From Terriglobia bacterium (GTDB taxonomy: Bacteria; Acidobacteriota; Terriglobia; 20CM-2-55-15): a DNA stretch of 64,000 nt. Of this stretch, positions 17,645-31,218 are shown piece after piece. The DNA lies in NCBI GenBank assembly GCA_963664115.2, contig CAXWPJ010000009.1:416001-480000 (forward strand), read 5' to 3'. The notes under the pieces are model-generated. The model was not told the origin of the DNA. It was given only the letters and a program-made list of their open reading frames with translations, and did not search any database. A program made the position numbers and the translations under genes. Every line of letters begins with the position of its first letter. Within the stretch, counting starts at the first letter, position 1.

Positions 17645-18721
17645 CTAATTCACGTAGCGTTCGTACAGCGTTGTTCGCTGCCGGGGCGTGAAACCCGCAT
17701 CCGTGATGAGACGACGGAGTTCGTCCGCGCTTGCCCGGTGATTCGCGCCGGCGGCGCTGATCACGTTTTCCTCGATCATGATGCTGCCCATGTCATTCAC
17801 CCCAAACCGCAACGCGATAGATCCCAGCTTAAGACCGACTGTGAGCCATGATACCTGCAGGTTATCGACGTTATCGAGGTAAAGCCGGCTCAATGCGAGG
17901 AGTCGCAGGTACTCCGCGGGCGTGACCTCGGGAAGGTCTCGCTCACCAAGAGGCGTGTTGTCTTTCTGAAACGTCCACGGAATAAAAGCGGTGAAACCTC
18001 CGGTCTCATCCTGGAGATCCCTTAGCCGCCGAAGGTGCCGGATCCGGTGCTCGAGAGTCTCCCCGACGCCCACCATCATCGTGGCCGTTGTTCGCAGCCC
18101 CTCCTTGTGTGCGACGCGATGAACCATCAGCCACTCGTCAGTTGTACATTTCAATGGACTGATGGACTGTCGAACCTCGTCGTCAAGAATCTCGCCGCCC
18201 CCACCTGGCATCGATTCGAGTCCCGCAGCAATCAATCGGCGAAATGTCTCAGAGACGGTAAGGTCTGAAACGCGTGCGATGTTCAAAATTTCGGGCGGTG
18301 AAAAACAGTGGCGTTGCACATCAGGGAACCGTTCCCGCATCCCGTTGAGCAGCGATTCGTAGTAGTCGATCTTCAGGCCGGGATGGACCCCGCCCTGCAT
18401 CAGTATCCCCGTACCGCCACGGTCGATGGTTTCCTGTATCTTCTGATAAATAAGTTCGTTCGGTATTACGTAGGCCTCCGGGTGCCCCTCCGGACGATAG
18501 AACGCGCAGAAGCTGCAATATTCGTTGCACACGTTCGTGTAGTTGACGTTACGGTCGATGATGTAGCTGACGACTCCATTGTCGTGGTGGTTGCGACGGA
18601 TCGTATCGGCCGCTTCGCCCAACTCCAGAAGATCGGCCTCCATGAAAAGCTGCGCTGCCTCGTCGTCTGAAACGCGGGCGCCCCCGAGGGCTGATTTCAA
18701 AATGTCTGAAGAAGATTTCAC
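17645..18721 (-). CDS. mqnC: Cyclic dehypoxanthinyl futalosine synthase (radical SAM)
   Basis: DRNVNYTNVCNEYCSFCAF, LMQGG, FTAFIPWTFQ, GSIMIEENVISAAG; coupled to mqnA. Confidence 0.92.
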   Translation of the reverse strand: MKSSSDILKSALGGARVSDDEAAQLFMEADLLELGEAADTIRRNHHDNGVVSYIIDRNVNYTNVCNEYCSFCAFYRPEGHPEAYVIPNELIYQKIQETIDRGGTGILMQGGVHPGLKIDYYESLLNGMRERFPDVQRHCFSPPEILNIARVSDLTVSETFRRLIAAGLESMPGGGGEILDDEVRQSISPLKCTTDEWLMVHRVAHKEGLRTTATMMVGVGETLEHRIRHLRRLRDLQDETGGFTAFIPWTFQKDNTPLGERDLPEVTPAEYLRLLALSRLYLDNVDNLQVSWLTVGLKLGSIALRFGVNDMGSIMIEENVISAAGANHRASADELRRLITDAGFTPRQRTTLYERYVN

Positions 18722-19563
18722 AGGAACTCAATGCCACGGACGGACTTGAGGGCGCCCGCCCGTGCTGCCATCTGGTAGAACTGTCCCAATGCCGCCACGC
18801 CGTCCGAATCCATATGATAGTCCATGTTCTTCTGGAGGTAATCAAGGAGGAACGCCTTGTCGATTCCAAGCTTCTCCTGGTATCGCTCTGCTATCGTCTT
18901 GAGGTTTTCGAGGCCGAAAGTCCGCGACTCGGTCAACCCCTCGGCGATTGTGGCGTCGTTGAATCCCTTTCTCGCCGCCCAAAAGGCAAAGACGAACGGC
19001 AACCCTGTGAGGTTGTTCCAGCGCTCCATCAGATCAAACGTCTGAACAGGCTCGGCGCCGTCCCGTACGAATTCCTTTTCCTTTTCGACATCGGGAAGCT
19101 GGTTTTCGAAGCGGTGTCGGAGAGCTGGATCCCCGATCAAAAGCGCCGAATCGTTGTCGGCCAGCATCGACACGGGGTCCGGGTCACCCGGCCGAAACTC
19201 AGGCTTGTTGCCATAAAACTCATTCAGGATCACTTGGGTCAAAGCAACAGACGCACGCGAAGCGCTGTCGTGAGCCACCGTTCGAATGCGAAACAGCGGA
19301 ACCAGGCTGAGCAGAATGACGCTGAGCGCGCGACTGTGGGACGCCACAGCAGGACCCGCAACAATGCGCGTTCCCGGAATTCTCTGGTACTCGATCGAGG
19401 GAATCAGTCCGATGTCGACCTCGCCGGATGCGAGCTGGGCGGCGCATTCTGCAGGCGTCGAAAAGACAGCATCGAACTGGTCCTTCTGCGGACCTTCGAG
19501 AATGCCCCAGGCGAGAGGAACCGAGTTGAGATATTGAACAACTGAAATCTTAGTCTTTGCCAC
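18718..19563 (-). CDS. mqnA: Chorismate dehydratase (futalosine pathway)
   Basis: YLNSVPL, LLIGDPAL, W..LTGLPFVFAFW. Confidence 0.9.
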   Translation of the reverse strand: MAKTKISVVQYLNSVPLAWGILEGPQKDQFDAVFSTPAECAAQLASGEVDIGLIPSIEYQRIPGTRIVAGPAVASHSRALSVILLSLVPLFRIRTVAHDSASRASVALTQVILNEFYGNKPEFRPGDPDPVSMLADNDSALLIGDPALRHRFENQLPDVEKEKEFVRDGAEPVQTFDLMERWNNLTGLPFVFAFWAARKGFNDATIAEGLTESRTFGLENLKTIAERYQEKLGIDKAFLLDYLQKNMDYHMDSDGVAALGQFYQMAARAGALKSVRGIEFL

Positions 19564-19683
19564 AGCGGCGGCTATTGTAGCAGCCCAGGCTGGGCCCGGG
19601 AAAGCCGCCGGAAGAAGGCGTGGCGGATTGACGTTTTGAATTAAAAGCTAGTACGTCAAGAAGGCATCGGGCGCCTTATGCTT

Positions 19684-20241
19684 TTAACTTGTGACTCCGC
19701 TAGATGCGGTGATGTGAAATTCCCTGAACATGTACTGAAAGAAGGGATCCTGTAGATAGAGCTTCACCCAGTTCAGTCCCCGTACATACTGATCGAAACT
19801 TTCGGCCAATCGCCGGAACGGCGCGGGTTCAGATTGAATCCACGCCAGATCGGCGACGATGCCGTAGAATCGCTGCCCCAGTCGAGAGTAGAACTGGGCA
19901 CTCAGCGGACGCCGGCTTCGCTCAAACCACTCCGGAAATAGCCCTAACATGAACAAAGCGCGGTCCCCGATGTGCTTATGTTGGTCTAAGCGCTCGAGGG
20001 GATCGGTGGTACCTTCTGCCAATTCCAGCAGGTCGGTCAGGGATCCGACGCGCTGCCCGTGTGCGTCAAAAACCCGATAAAGCTCCTCCGTCCGCATGAA
20101 ATCCACCAGCAACCCGCTGACGTAGGCCAGTGAGGCTTCATCCCTTATGTTGATCTGTCCCATACCCCTTTCGGTCAAAGTCCAGAAAAGAGACCGAATG
20201 GGATGGTTTTCGGGTACCTGTTGTGCGTTCAGCCCGACCAT
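19684..20241 (-). CDS. Conserved hypothetical protein
   Basis: 185 aa ORF after GGAG-like RBS; KHIGDRALFMLGLFPE motif. Confidence 0.75.
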   Translation of the reverse strand: MVGLNAQQVPENHPIRSLFWTLTERGMGQINIRDEASLAYVSGLLVDFMRTEELYRVFDAHGQRVGSLTDLLELAEGTTDPLERLDQHKHIGDRALFMLGLFPEWFERSRRPLSAQFYSRLGQRFYGIVADLAWIQSEPAPFRRLAESFDQYVRGLNWVKLYLQDPFFQYMFREFHITASSGVTS

Positions 20242-20393
20242 AGGAGACTCCTGCTCGCTGTATCGACTGGAAATTGGCTAGAGTTTAGACCTGATCAAGG
20301 TTGGCGGCGATTTCGGTGTCCGGGAACTCAATCGCCGGGAGGGTTTGGCCGGGCTGCTGGAGGAATCAACCCCTAAATCAACGGGTATGTCCG

Positions 20394-22871
20394 CTAGTGG
20401 ATCGTTTCACCGGGCTCTAATGGCAGGTCTTCCACCTTCTCACCCTCAACCAGAGTCGCCGCGGACACGCGATCTGCATCCGGTATGGCGATGAGTTTCA
20501 CGCCTTGAGAGCTGCGGCCGACTTTGCGAATACCGGACGCCTTGACGCGGATGAGCTTGCCTTGCTCCGTAATGACCATCAACCCCGAATCATCCGTGAC
20601 TTGCATGATTGCGACAACCCTGCCGTTTCGCTTGGTTGTCTTGACGTTAATGATCCCTTTGCCGCCACGTGTTTGTGTGCGGTACTCGGCAATCTTGGTC
20701 CGTTTACCGAATCCGCGTTCGGTGACGCTCAGGATCATACCTTCCTCGTCGGCAGCAATCATGCCGACCACATAATCATCTTTGACCAACCGGATCCCGT
20801 GCACTCCGTATGCATTCCGGCCCATCTGACGCACGCCGGTATTGCTAAACCGTATCGACAAGCCCTTGTGGGTTCCCAGAACAATGTTTTCATCGCCCGT
20901 GATGAGCTGGGCGGCTATGAGTTCGTCCTCGTCAGGCAGGTTCATCGCGATGATGCCACGCGAGGAAGGGTTGCTGAATGCGGCCAGCGCCGTCTTCTTT
21001 ACCTGTCCCTGGCGGCTCGCCATCACAACAGACGCGGCGTCTTCGAAACTTTTGACCGTCACAATCGCGGCGACTTTATCGCCGGGCGCGATGTTGACGA
21101 GGTTGACGATGGCTTTGCCACGGCCACTGGAGGCGACATCGGGAATCTCATAAACCTTCAGCCAGTGCAATTTCCCCCGGTTCGTAAACACGAGCATGTA
21201 GCTGTGCGTGCTGGCCACGAACATGTTGGTAACGATGTCTTCTTCCCGGGTCTTCATCCCGATCCGGCCCTTACCACCCCGGCCTTGACTCCGATAGATC
21301 GTAAGAGGCGTACGCTTGATGTAGCCGGTGTGGCTCAGAGTGATCACCATGGCCTCATCCGCGATCAGGTCTTCGATGCTGAGCTCGGCTTCTTCATCGA
21401 TGATCTCCGTCCGGCGTGCGTCGCCAAACTTCTTTTGCACTTCCCGCAATTCTTTAACGATTACCTGACGCAAGCGGTTCTCATTAGCCAGGATCTCGTT
21501 GTAGTCGGCGATCTTTTCTCTGAGGTCCTTCAGTTCATCTTCGATCTTCTGCCGCTCCAGGCTGGTCAGCCGCTGGAGTTGCATCTCCAGAATCGCTTTT
21601 GTCTGGCGTTCGCTGAACTCGAACTGCGCGATCAACCCCTCCCGCGCCTCGGGCGGGTTCTTCGCCCCACGGATCAATTTGATAACTTCGTCGATGTGAT
21701 CCAGGGCCTTGTAAAGGCCTTCCAAGATGTGCGCCCGCTCCTCGGCCTGGCGCAGCAGGAACTGTGTCCGGCGACGGACGACGTCGATCCGGTGATCGAT
21801 GAAGTGCCGAAGCAGCTGCATCAGTGTCAAAACACGCGGTTGATTGTTGACGATCGCAAGGTTGATCACGCCGAAAGTGGTTTGCATCGGCGTCAGCTTG
21901 TACAGCTTGTTCAGGATGATCGTCGGCTGTTCTCCCCGCTTGAGTTCAACAACCACGCGAATACCATCTCGATCGCTTTCGTCGCGGATGTCTGATATCC
22001 CTTCAACGCGCTTGGTCTGAACCAACTCCGCAATCTTCTCGATAAGCCGCGCCTTATTGACCTGATACGGAATTTCTGTAATCAGGATTGAGTGGCGATC
22101 CTTCCCCATCGGTTCGATCGTCGCACGCGCGCGCATCGTGATCTGCCCTCGCCCTTCGCGATACGCCTGTTGGATGCCGCTCCTGCCGTAAATAAACCCT
22201 GCTGTCGGAAAATCAGGACCCGGAACCAGCGCTGCGACCTCCTCATAGGTCGCGCTCTTCTTGTTGATCATGTGAATCGCGGCAGCACAGATTTCCGTGA
22301 GATTGTGCGGCGGCATGTTGGTCGCCATGCCTACGGCAATCCCGCCCGACCCGTTTACCAGCAATGTGGGGACTTTCGCCGGGAGATATGACGGCTCTTC
22401 AGACGATTCGTCGTATGTCGGAACGAAATCGACTGTTTCTTTATCGATGTCCTCGAGCAGCGCTTCGGCAATCGCCTCCATTCGCGCTTCCGTATAGCGC
22501 ATCGCTGCCGGCGGATCACCGTCAACGGATCCAAAGTTGCCCTGGCCGTCAACCAGGGTATAGCGATGAGAAAAGTCCTGCGCCATTCGCACCACGGTGT
22601 CGTATATGGAAGCGTCTCCGTGCGGATGGAAGTTCCCCATGACCTCGCCGACGATCTTGGCGCATTTGCGGTAGGGTTTGTTCGAAGACAGACCCATACC
22701 CCGCATGCCATAGAGAATCCTGCGGTGTACCGGTTTCAAGCCGTCGCGCACATCCGGGAGTGCGCGACCGATGATCACGCTCATCGCGTAATCGAGATAC
22801 GACCGGCGCATCTCGTCTTCGACGTTTACGGGAAGCTCGTTCGGTCCTGAAGGGGTGTCGTCTTCTGCCAT
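20394..22871 (-). CDS. gyrA: DNA gyrase subunit A
   Basis: [23 protein letters not shown], GyrA box QGRGGKG. Confidence 0.99.
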   Translation of the reverse strand: MAEDDTPSGPNELPVNVEDEMRRSYLDYAMSVIIGRALPDVRDGLKPVHRRILYGMRGMGLSSNKPYRKCAKIVGEVMGNFHPHGDASIYDTVVRMAQDFSHRYTLVDGQGNFGSVDGDPPAAMRYTEARMEAIAEALLEDIDKETVDFVPTYDESSEEPSYLPAKVPTLLVNGSGGIAVGMATNMPPHNLTEICAAAIHMINKKSATYEEVAALVPGPDFPTAGFIYGRSGIQQAYREGRGQITMRARATIEPMGKDRHSILITEIPYQVNKARLIEKIAELVQTKRVEGISDIRDESDRDGIRVVVELKRGEQPTIILNKLYKLTPMQTTFGVINLAIVNNQPRVLTLMQLLRHFIDHRIDVVRRRTQFLLRQAEERAHILEGLYKALDHIDEVIKLIRGAKNPPEAREGLIAQFEFSERQTKAILEMQLQRLTSLERQKIEDELKDLREKIADYNEILANENRLRQVIVKELREVQKKFGDARRTEIIDEEAELSIEDLIADEAMVITLSHTGYIKRTPLTIYRSQGRGGKGRIGMKTREEDIVTNMFVASTHSYMLVFTNRGKLHWLKVYEIPDVASSGRGKAIVNLVNIAPGDKVAAIVTVKSFEDAASVVMASRQGQVKKTALAAFSNPSSRGIIAMNLPDEDELIAAQLITGDENIVLGTHKGLSIRFSNTGVRQMGRNAYGVHGIRLVKDDYVVGMIAADEEGMILSVTERGFGKRTKIAEYRTQTRGGKGIINVKTTKRNGRVVAIMQVTDDSGLMVITEQGKLIRVKASGIRKVGRSSQGVKLIAIPDADRVSAATLVEGEKVEDLPLEPGETIH

Positions 22872-22921
22872 TCGTTACACAGTTGCCTTATTAAGCCGGA
22901 TTACGCGGATACGTCGTTGAT

Positions 22922-25384
<2,463 letters not shown>

Positions 25385-25697
25385 TCAGCGCGCACTCTTG
25401 AACGGCGCCGGATTCGGCGTAAACTGTTGGTATTGAGATGTTTATTGGAGACGATACGGTTCAGGGTCCCAGGTCTACTCGACTTGTGTTTCAGCTTCGC
25501 CTCCGAGGTGTCAAACAAGAGGCTATTTTACCAGAAAATAACAGGTTTTGCGTCATCAAAGGGGCCCTGAAGGGGACTATTTTGGAGGGCTTGAAGCGGT
25601 ATTCAGTCAGGCGGGAAATAGATCAGCGCTAAAGCGACTATAAGTTGAATATTTAGAACAGTTTATGGCGAATTTGATATGTACAGTACTAACAGCA

Positions 25698-26810
25698 CTA
25701 AATGCGCATCGGCATCACGATATATCGGCTATTATATTCCTCTCCCGGCAGTGCCCGCAACTGCGTGGCGCTTTCTCCGTCTTTAAACTCAAAAGAAACT
25801 TCTGTTTCGGGAATAGTCGATAGAAAATCGATAATGTACTGGTAATTGAAGCCAATCTGAAACTCTTCGTTGTCATAGTCGATTTCGATCGTTTCGTTGG
25901 CCTCTCCCAGATCCGAATGGCTGGAAGCGATCTCCAGCGAACCCTTACTCAAGCCAAACCGCACGATTTTGGATCGCTCGTCTGCGAGGATCGCGATGCG
26001 TCGGACGGCCGCGGCAACTTCATCGCGTCCAATCGAAAACGTGCGGTCATTGTTTCGGGGCATCACCGCTTCCCAGTTCGGAAATTGTCCACTCAGCACA
26101 CGTGAGACCAGTAAACGTTGACCCAGATCAAAAAACAGGTGGTTTTCGTCACGTGAGAACTGAATGTTTCCGCCCCCCCCGCCCTCAGTCAGCATCCGAA
26201 GTAACTCACTCATCGCTTTTTTAGGGATCAAAACCTTCGTTTCTTCAGCGAGGTCCTCCAGGCCGCCCCGTTTCTCGACGAAGGAGAGCCTGTGCCCGTC
26301 TGTGGCAACCATTACGAGCGATCCGGGTTTCATTACCAGAAGTGCGCCACTAAATGTATATTTCGAATCCTCCGAGCTGATCGCATAACTTGTACGCGTG
26401 ATCAACTGCGATATCGTATCGCCAGGAATCGCAATGCCGCCACCTGCCGCATCCGGAAGTTGAGGGAAGTCCTCCTGCGGTAGCCCCGCGATACGAAAGC
26501 GACTCGAACCACAAGTCACCGTCACCCAGTTAGCATCGCCTTGCTTAAAACGAATCTCTTTATCCGGCAAGGCGCGGACTATTTCATAGAGCCGTTTCGC
26601 TGGCAACGTGATCGTCCCACTCGCTGTCACTTTCGAATCACAGGACGACTTCAGACCCGTCTCCAGATCCGTTGCAACGATCCGCAGTTTGTTTTCTTCG
26701 GCGTGAAGCAGGACGTTCGCCAGAATGGGAATGGTTGTTTTCCGTTCAACAACACCTTGGATCAAGGTCAGCTCTCGCAGGAGATCGAACTTCTTAATCT
26801 TAAATTCCAT
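25698..26810 (-). CDS. dnaN: DNA polymerase III beta clamp
   Basis: ATDLE, VATDGHRL, YIVMPMRI. Confidence 0.98.
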   Translation of the reverse strand: MEFKIKKFDLLRELTLIQGVVERKTTIPILANVLLHAEENKLRIVATDLETGLKSSCDSKVTASGTITLPAKRLYEIVRALPDKEIRFKQGDANWVTVTCGSSRFRIAGLPQEDFPQLPDAAGGGIAIPGDTISQLITRTSYAISSEDSKYTFSGALLVMKPGSLVMVATDGHRLSFVEKRGGLEDLAEETKVLIPKKAMSELLRMLTEGGGGGNIQFSRDENHLFFDLGQRLLVSRVLSGQFPNWEAVMPRNNDRTFSIGRDEVAAAVRRIAILADERSKIVRFGLSKGSLEIASSHSDLGEANETIEIDYDNEEFQIGFNYQYIIDFLSTIPETEVSFEFKDGESATQLRALPGEEYNSRYIVMPMRI

Positions 26811-27023
26811 AATGGTATTTATTTATCTATCTTCGTATACCCTGTGAACTCAGAGGAAGTTGACCGCAAAACACACTTACTACTCAGTTTATCCTTTATT
26901 CTCCCTGTGGATGGCCCGACCGCCAAACCGTGCATAACCTGTGGAAATACCGCTCTGTTAATCCTATCCACAGCTTGCCCACATCAGGACCCACCGCTCT
27001 GAGGATGGGCCTGGGTAACCGAA
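26811..27023. promoter_or_regulatory. oriC candidate (dnaA-dnaN intergenic DnaA-box cluster)
   Basis: DnaA-box-like 9-mers TGTGGATGG (26906), CGTGCATAA (26929), TGTGGAAAT (26940), CTATCCACA (26964), TTGCCCACA (26975); AT-rich stretch and short TAG-trio-like run toward dnaN. Confidence 0.8.
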
Positions 27024-28328
27024 TTAGTTGAACGAATCAATAAAAGTCTGAACAAGCTTATTGGTTTCCTTGTCCGTCTGTCGCAACTGATCGATTTTGG
27101 ATACGGAATGCATCACTGTTGTGTGGTGTTTTCCGCCAAATGCCCGACCGATCTGAGGCAAAGAGGCGTTCGTGAGTTGCTTGCAGAGATACATGCAAAT
27201 CTGTCGGGGGAGCGTGATTATCTTCGAGTTGTTCTTTGATTTAAGTTCCTGGATACGAAGCCCGTAGTAGTTAGAAATAGATTTCTGGATCATTTCGATC
27301 GATATCGGCTTCTCTCCCGGATCGAAAAGATCGCGGAGTGTCTCCTGAGCCATAGGAAGTGTAATTTCCGATCCAGTCAGGGAAGAATAGGCGATAAGAC
27401 GGACGAGCGCACCTTCGAGTTCACGAATATTCGACCGGACCTTGCTGGCAACGTAAATCGCAACATTATCGGGAAGCGTGATCTGTTGGCGCTCTGCCTT
27501 CTTTCGAAGAATCGCGATCTTGGTTTCCAGGTCGGGCGGTTGGATGTCAGCGATCAGGCCCCACTCAAATCGTGAATGCAGCCGCTCCTCCAGTGTCGGA
27601 ATCTCCCGGGGCGGGCAATCCGCTGATATGACGATTTGCTTCTGCATGTCATAGAGGGTATTAAAAGTGTGGAAGAACTCTTCCTGTGTACGTTCTTTGG
27701 CTGCTATGAACTGAATATCGTCGATCAAGAGGACGTCGTGGTTGCGGTAGCGCTCCCGAAACGCGGGGAGGCGGTCGTAGCGTATGGCGTTGATCAGCTC
27801 GTTGGTGAACTTCTCAGTCGAAACATAAGCAAGACGGAGCGAAGGGTTGCCGTCTTTGATTGACTGGCCGATCGCATGCATGAGATGCGTCTTGCCTAGG
27901 CCCACGCCGCCATAGAGGAAGAGCGGATTGTAGGCCTTGGACGGCCGTTCCGCCACGGCGAGTGCAGCGGCACGGGCGAACTGGTTTGACGATCCAACAA
28001 CAAATGAGTCGAAGGTGTACTTCGAGTTGAGCGTGTTGGCGATCGAGTCAAAGTCCAGTTGGCCCTGGAGCGTTCCGCGGGCAGTGACCGCGGGTTTTTG
28101 TTCGACAATGTAAACGACCTCAATGTCGCCAATGCCCGCCTGTTGGGCTGCCTCGATGACAACGTCCATATGATCGTTAAGCCAGTCTTGAAAGAAAGAA
28201 TTCGGAACCCGGATGTGGAGCGCGCCCCCCTCGTGGCGCACGAGCTGTGTCGGCTTGAACCAGGTGTTGTAGCTCTGTCGATTGACTTGTTTCTCGATAA
28301 TAGAAAGAACTTGCTGCCAAGTGTCCAT
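27024..28328 (-). CDS. dnaA: Chromosomal replication initiator
   Basis: YNPLFLYGGVGLGKTHL, LLIDDIQF, QEEFFHTFN, FGGKHHTTVMH. Confidence 0.99.
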   Translation of the reverse strand: MDTWQQVLSIIEKQVNRQSYNTWFKPTQLVRHEGGALHIRVPNSFFQDWLNDHMDVVIEAAQQAGIGDIEVVYIVEQKPAVTARGTLQGQLDFDSIANTLNSKYTFDSFVVGSSNQFARAAALAVAERPSKAYNPLFLYGGVGLGKTHLMHAIGQSIKDGNPSLRLAYVSTEKFTNELINAIRYDRLPAFRERYRNHDVLLIDDIQFIAAKERTQEEFFHTFNTLYDMQKQIVISADCPPREIPTLEERLHSRFEWGLIADIQPPDLETKIAILRKKAERQQITLPDNVAIYVASKVRSNIRELEGALVRLIAYSSLTGSEITLPMAQETLRDLFDPGEKPISIEMIQKSISNYYGLRIQELKSKNNSKIITLPRQICMYLCKQLTNASLPQIGRAFGGKHHTTVMHSVSKIDQLRQTDKETNKLVQTFIDSFN

Positions 28329-28361
28329 ATTGCGGTCCGTAAAGCGAGGGAAAGGGGATAG

Positions 28362-28382
28362 ATTTCCACAACCTGTGGAAAT
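28362..28382. promoter_or_regulatory. Inverted pair of DnaA-box-like sites upstream of dnaA
   Basis: ATTTCCACA-acc-TGTGGAAAT perfect inverted repeat. Confidence 0.65.
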
Positions 28383-28530
28383 CTGGGGGTTTACAGGTCA
28401 ATTTTTCTGCTGCGCGAGCGCGAAGCGTAACACCTTTCGCCCGGCGTTTTCAATCACGAAAAACACGAAAATTTTACGCGCCAGCGACTGCCTTTGGATC
28501 AAATAAGGGGTTGTATATCAAAGGGGTAGC

Positions 28531-28559
28531 TTGACGGTAAATAGGCTGGGTGGTACATT
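28531..28559 (+). promoter_or_regulatory. Sigma70 promoter of the rpmH operon
   Basis: TTGACG-17 nt-TACATT, 30 nt upstream of the rpmH ATG. Confidence 0.65.
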
Positions 28560-28589
28560 CATGGTTTTCCCAAAGCACAGAGTTTAAGA

Positions 28590-28736
28590 ATGCCACTGAG
28601 AACGTTTCAACCGAACAATCGAAAGCGCGCCAAGAAGCACGGCTTCCGGAGCCGCATGAGTACAAAAGCTGGGCGTTCGATCCTGAAACGAAGGCGGGCC
28701 AAGGGACGAAAACGGCTTTCCGTTGAACACTACTGA
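28590..28736 (+). CDS. rpmH: 50S ribosomal protein L34
   Basis: Not in the track. [48 protein letters not shown]. Confidence 0.97.
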   Translation: MPLRTFQPNNRKRAKKHGFRSRMSTKAGRSILKRRRAKGRKRLSVEHY

Positions 28737-29094
28737 TCGCATTCCGGGCACGGAGGGCGACGCCCGGTTTCCGAAGAAAGTTCGGCTTCGGGAGGCGGAT
28801 GAGTTCAAGGCCGTCTATGCCGGTGGAAAGAAGAAGGCGTCCCGGTCTTTCGACGTTTTTATCCTGCCCAACGAACGGAAATTCACCCGATTCGGGTTGA
28901 CGACCTCGCGCAAACTCGGAAAAGCTCACGACAGGAACCGGATTCGTCGGCGAGTCCGGGAAATTCTTCGCTATGAGCGGGCAGGGTTGCCCTCAGGGTT
29001 CGACGTGGTAATCAATCCTCGGCGGTCAGTTCTCGATCGAGACTTCGAGACACTCCGCACGGAACTGGTTTCCGTGCTCGGGAGTTTATCGTGA
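28723..29094 (+). CDS. rnpA: Ribonuclease P protein component
   Basis: [26 protein letters not shown]; position after rpmH. Confidence 0.95.
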   Translation: MNTTDRIPGTEGDARFPKKVRLREADEFKAVYAGGKKKASRSFDVFILPNERKFTRFGLTTSRKLGKAHDRNRIRRRVREILRYERAGLPSGFDVVINPRRSVLDRDFETLRTELVSVLGSLS

Positions 29095-29327
29095 GAGACT
29101 CGCAAACCATGCCGGTTTTTCGAATGCTCGCTCTTGGCTTGATATGGGGGTACAAGAAGATTCTGTCCCCCTGGTTGCCCCCGGCGTGCCGATTCGTGCC
29201 GACATGCTCGGAGTATGCGGGCCAGGCCGTGGAGAAATATGGTGTCATCCACGGCTCTTTGAAAACCGTGAAACGATTGTCGCGATGCCATCCCCTGCAC
29301 AGCGGGGGAGTCGATCTGGTGGATTGA
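29091..29327 (+). CDS. yidD: Membrane protein insertion efficiency factor
   Basis: CRFVPTCSEY...RCHPLHSGGVD. Confidence 0.95.
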   Translation: MRDSQTMPVFRMLALGLIWGYKKILSPWLPPACRFVPTCSEYAGQAVEKYGVIHGSLKTVKRLSRCHPLHSGGVDLVD

Positions 29328-29337
29328 GGGGGGGGGC

Positions 29338-31119
29338 GTGGACGAATCGATGGAAAAGCGGATCCTTCTTTCTTTTGCGCTTTCGCTTGCCGTTCTGATG
29401 GCCTTCAGCTGGGCGTTTAGCCCGCCACCGCCTCCCCCTGAAGTTGTCCCCGAAACAGGCGATCAAGTTACTGCCCCAGATGAGACGCCGGCGCCGGAGA
29501 TTGAAAACCTTCCACCCGCCGCGACACAAAGCCCGGAGGTCCAGGAAGCGAGCAGTATCGCGGAGACCGCCATCGGGGCAGTTGAAAGTGAGGCGCTTCT
29601 CGAAGATCTGCGGGCGGAAAGGGTCGAGCAGATCCTCATTGACACGACACGCTTTGGAGTGCGCATCAGCAACGAAGGCGCGCGACTGGAAAGCGTTCAG
29701 TTGAGGGATTATGCGGGGACCGAGGGCGAACCGCTCGAACTGATCGGTCAAGACGCCGGTGAAAGCGTCGGATGGCCCCTGGCGATATCCACGGGCGATC
29801 CAGCAGTCGATGAGGCGATCGACAACGCGCTCTTCGTGGTCAACCGAAGCGGGAGCGGTGTGCGCCTGCGTTACCGGTCGGGGGGACTTCAAGTTGTTAA
29901 GGAGTTTCGATTCGATCCGGAGACGTACGCGCTAGAAGTTGAAGCGGATGTGACCCGGGAGGGCGTACCCGTTCCGTTTTCCCTCGTGCTTCAGGGGAAC
30001 ATTGGAGATCAGTCCCGCGATTATGAGCCCACGCTGACGAACATCGTTTACTTTGGGGCCGAGGAGTTTGAACGCATCAACGTCGGAAGTCTTGATGAGC
30101 CCCAGGGAATTACCCCGACGACATACGTGGGATTGGAAGACCAGTTTTTCCTCGCCATGCTTCGTCTGCCGGAAGGCACCGTCCCTGCAGTGACCGGAGT
30201 CGTCACGAATCCCGGAGCCGAGGACATCGTGCTTGCGCCACGCGTCCTGGTGCCCTACCCCGGCGAAGCGGTCACGGTTTATGTCGGTCCGAAACAGCAG
30301 GACGCCTTGCGTCAGGTTGATCCCTCACTTGTCGAAATGATCGACTACGGATTCTTCGCCGTTATCGTACGACCGTTGTTACTGGCCCTTTTGTGGATTC
30401 ATGGATACGTGGGCAACTTTGGCTGGGCCATCATCATCCTGACGCTCGGGATTAACGTCATCTTCTTCCCGCTCCGGCTGAAGCAGCAGTTGTCGATGCT
30501 GAAGATGCAGAAGATTCAGCCGCAAATGCGGACGCTCCAGGACAAGTACAAGAAGCTCAAGTCAAACGACCCGAGGCGGCAGGAAGTCCAGACCGAGATG
30601 ATGGGCCTCTATAAGAAACATGGCGTCAATCCAATGGGCGGCTGCCTACCCATCCTGCTGCAAATGCCGTTTCTCTTCGCCTTCTTCACTATGCTCAGAA
30701 CGTCTATTGAATTGCGTGGGGCGCCCTGGGCCCTGTGGATCACCGACCTGTCTGCCGCCGACCCCTACTATGTGATGCCGGTGCTCATGGGCGGGTCGAT
30801 GTTCGCGATGCAGAGCATGACTCCGATGATGGGAGATCCGATGCAGGCGAAGATCATGCGCCTGATGCCCCTCATGCTGATCGTGATGTTCGCCACCCAA
30901 TCAAGCGGATTGATGCTTTACTGGCTTACCGGAAACCTGGTGGGCGTGGCACAGCAATACTTCATCAACAAGCGTTACCGGAAAGAACCGGGGAAGAACA
31001 AGCAGGACAGTCAAAAAGAAGAAGAGGAACCACCCGCGGAGGCGATTGTGCCTGAGCTACTACCGCCCGGTGAACCCGCCGAGCCCAAACGCCGCCGCCG
31101 GGGCCACCGGAAGAGCTAG
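29338..31119 (+). CDS. yidC: Membrane protein insertase
   Basis: GNFGWAIIILT, NPMGGCLPILLQMP, WITDLSAADPYY, GLMLYW. Confidence 0.96.
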   Translation: MDESMEKRILLSFALSLAVLMAFSWAFSPPPPPPEVVPETGDQVTAPDETPAPEIENLPPAATQSPEVQEASSIAETAIGAVESEALLEDLRAERVEQILIDTTRFGVRISNEGARLESVQLRDYAGTEGEPLELIGQDAGESVGWPLAISTGDPAVDEAIDNALFVVNRSGSGVRLRYRSGGLQVVKEFRFDPETYALEVEADVTREGVPVPFSLVLQGNIGDQSRDYEPTLTNIVYFGAEEFERINVGSLDEPQGITPTTYVGLEDQFFLAMLRLPEGTVPAVTGVVTNPGAEDIVLAPRVLVPYPGEAVTVYVGPKQQDALRQVDPSLVEMIDYGFFAVIVRPLLLALLWIHGYVGNFGWAIIILTLGINVIFFPLRLKQQLSMLKMQKIQPQMRTLQDKYKKLKSNDPRRQEVQTEMMGLYKKHGVNPMGGCLPILLQMPFLFAFFTMLRTSIELRGAPWALWITDLSAADPYYVMPVLMGGSMFAMQSMTPMMGDPMQAKIMRLMPLMLIVMFATQSSGLMLYWLTGNLVGVAQQYFINKRYRKEPGKNKQDSQKEEEEPPAEAIVPELLPPGEPAEPKRRRRGHRKS

Positions 31120-31218
31120 TTAGGAGTTAGGCGTTGTTGGTTAGAATCTCCTTTTTGTACCTTGGCTTTTAAGGCTTAACTCACAATTTCTATATTGCCC
31201 AAGGGCCGGTGCTGAGCA

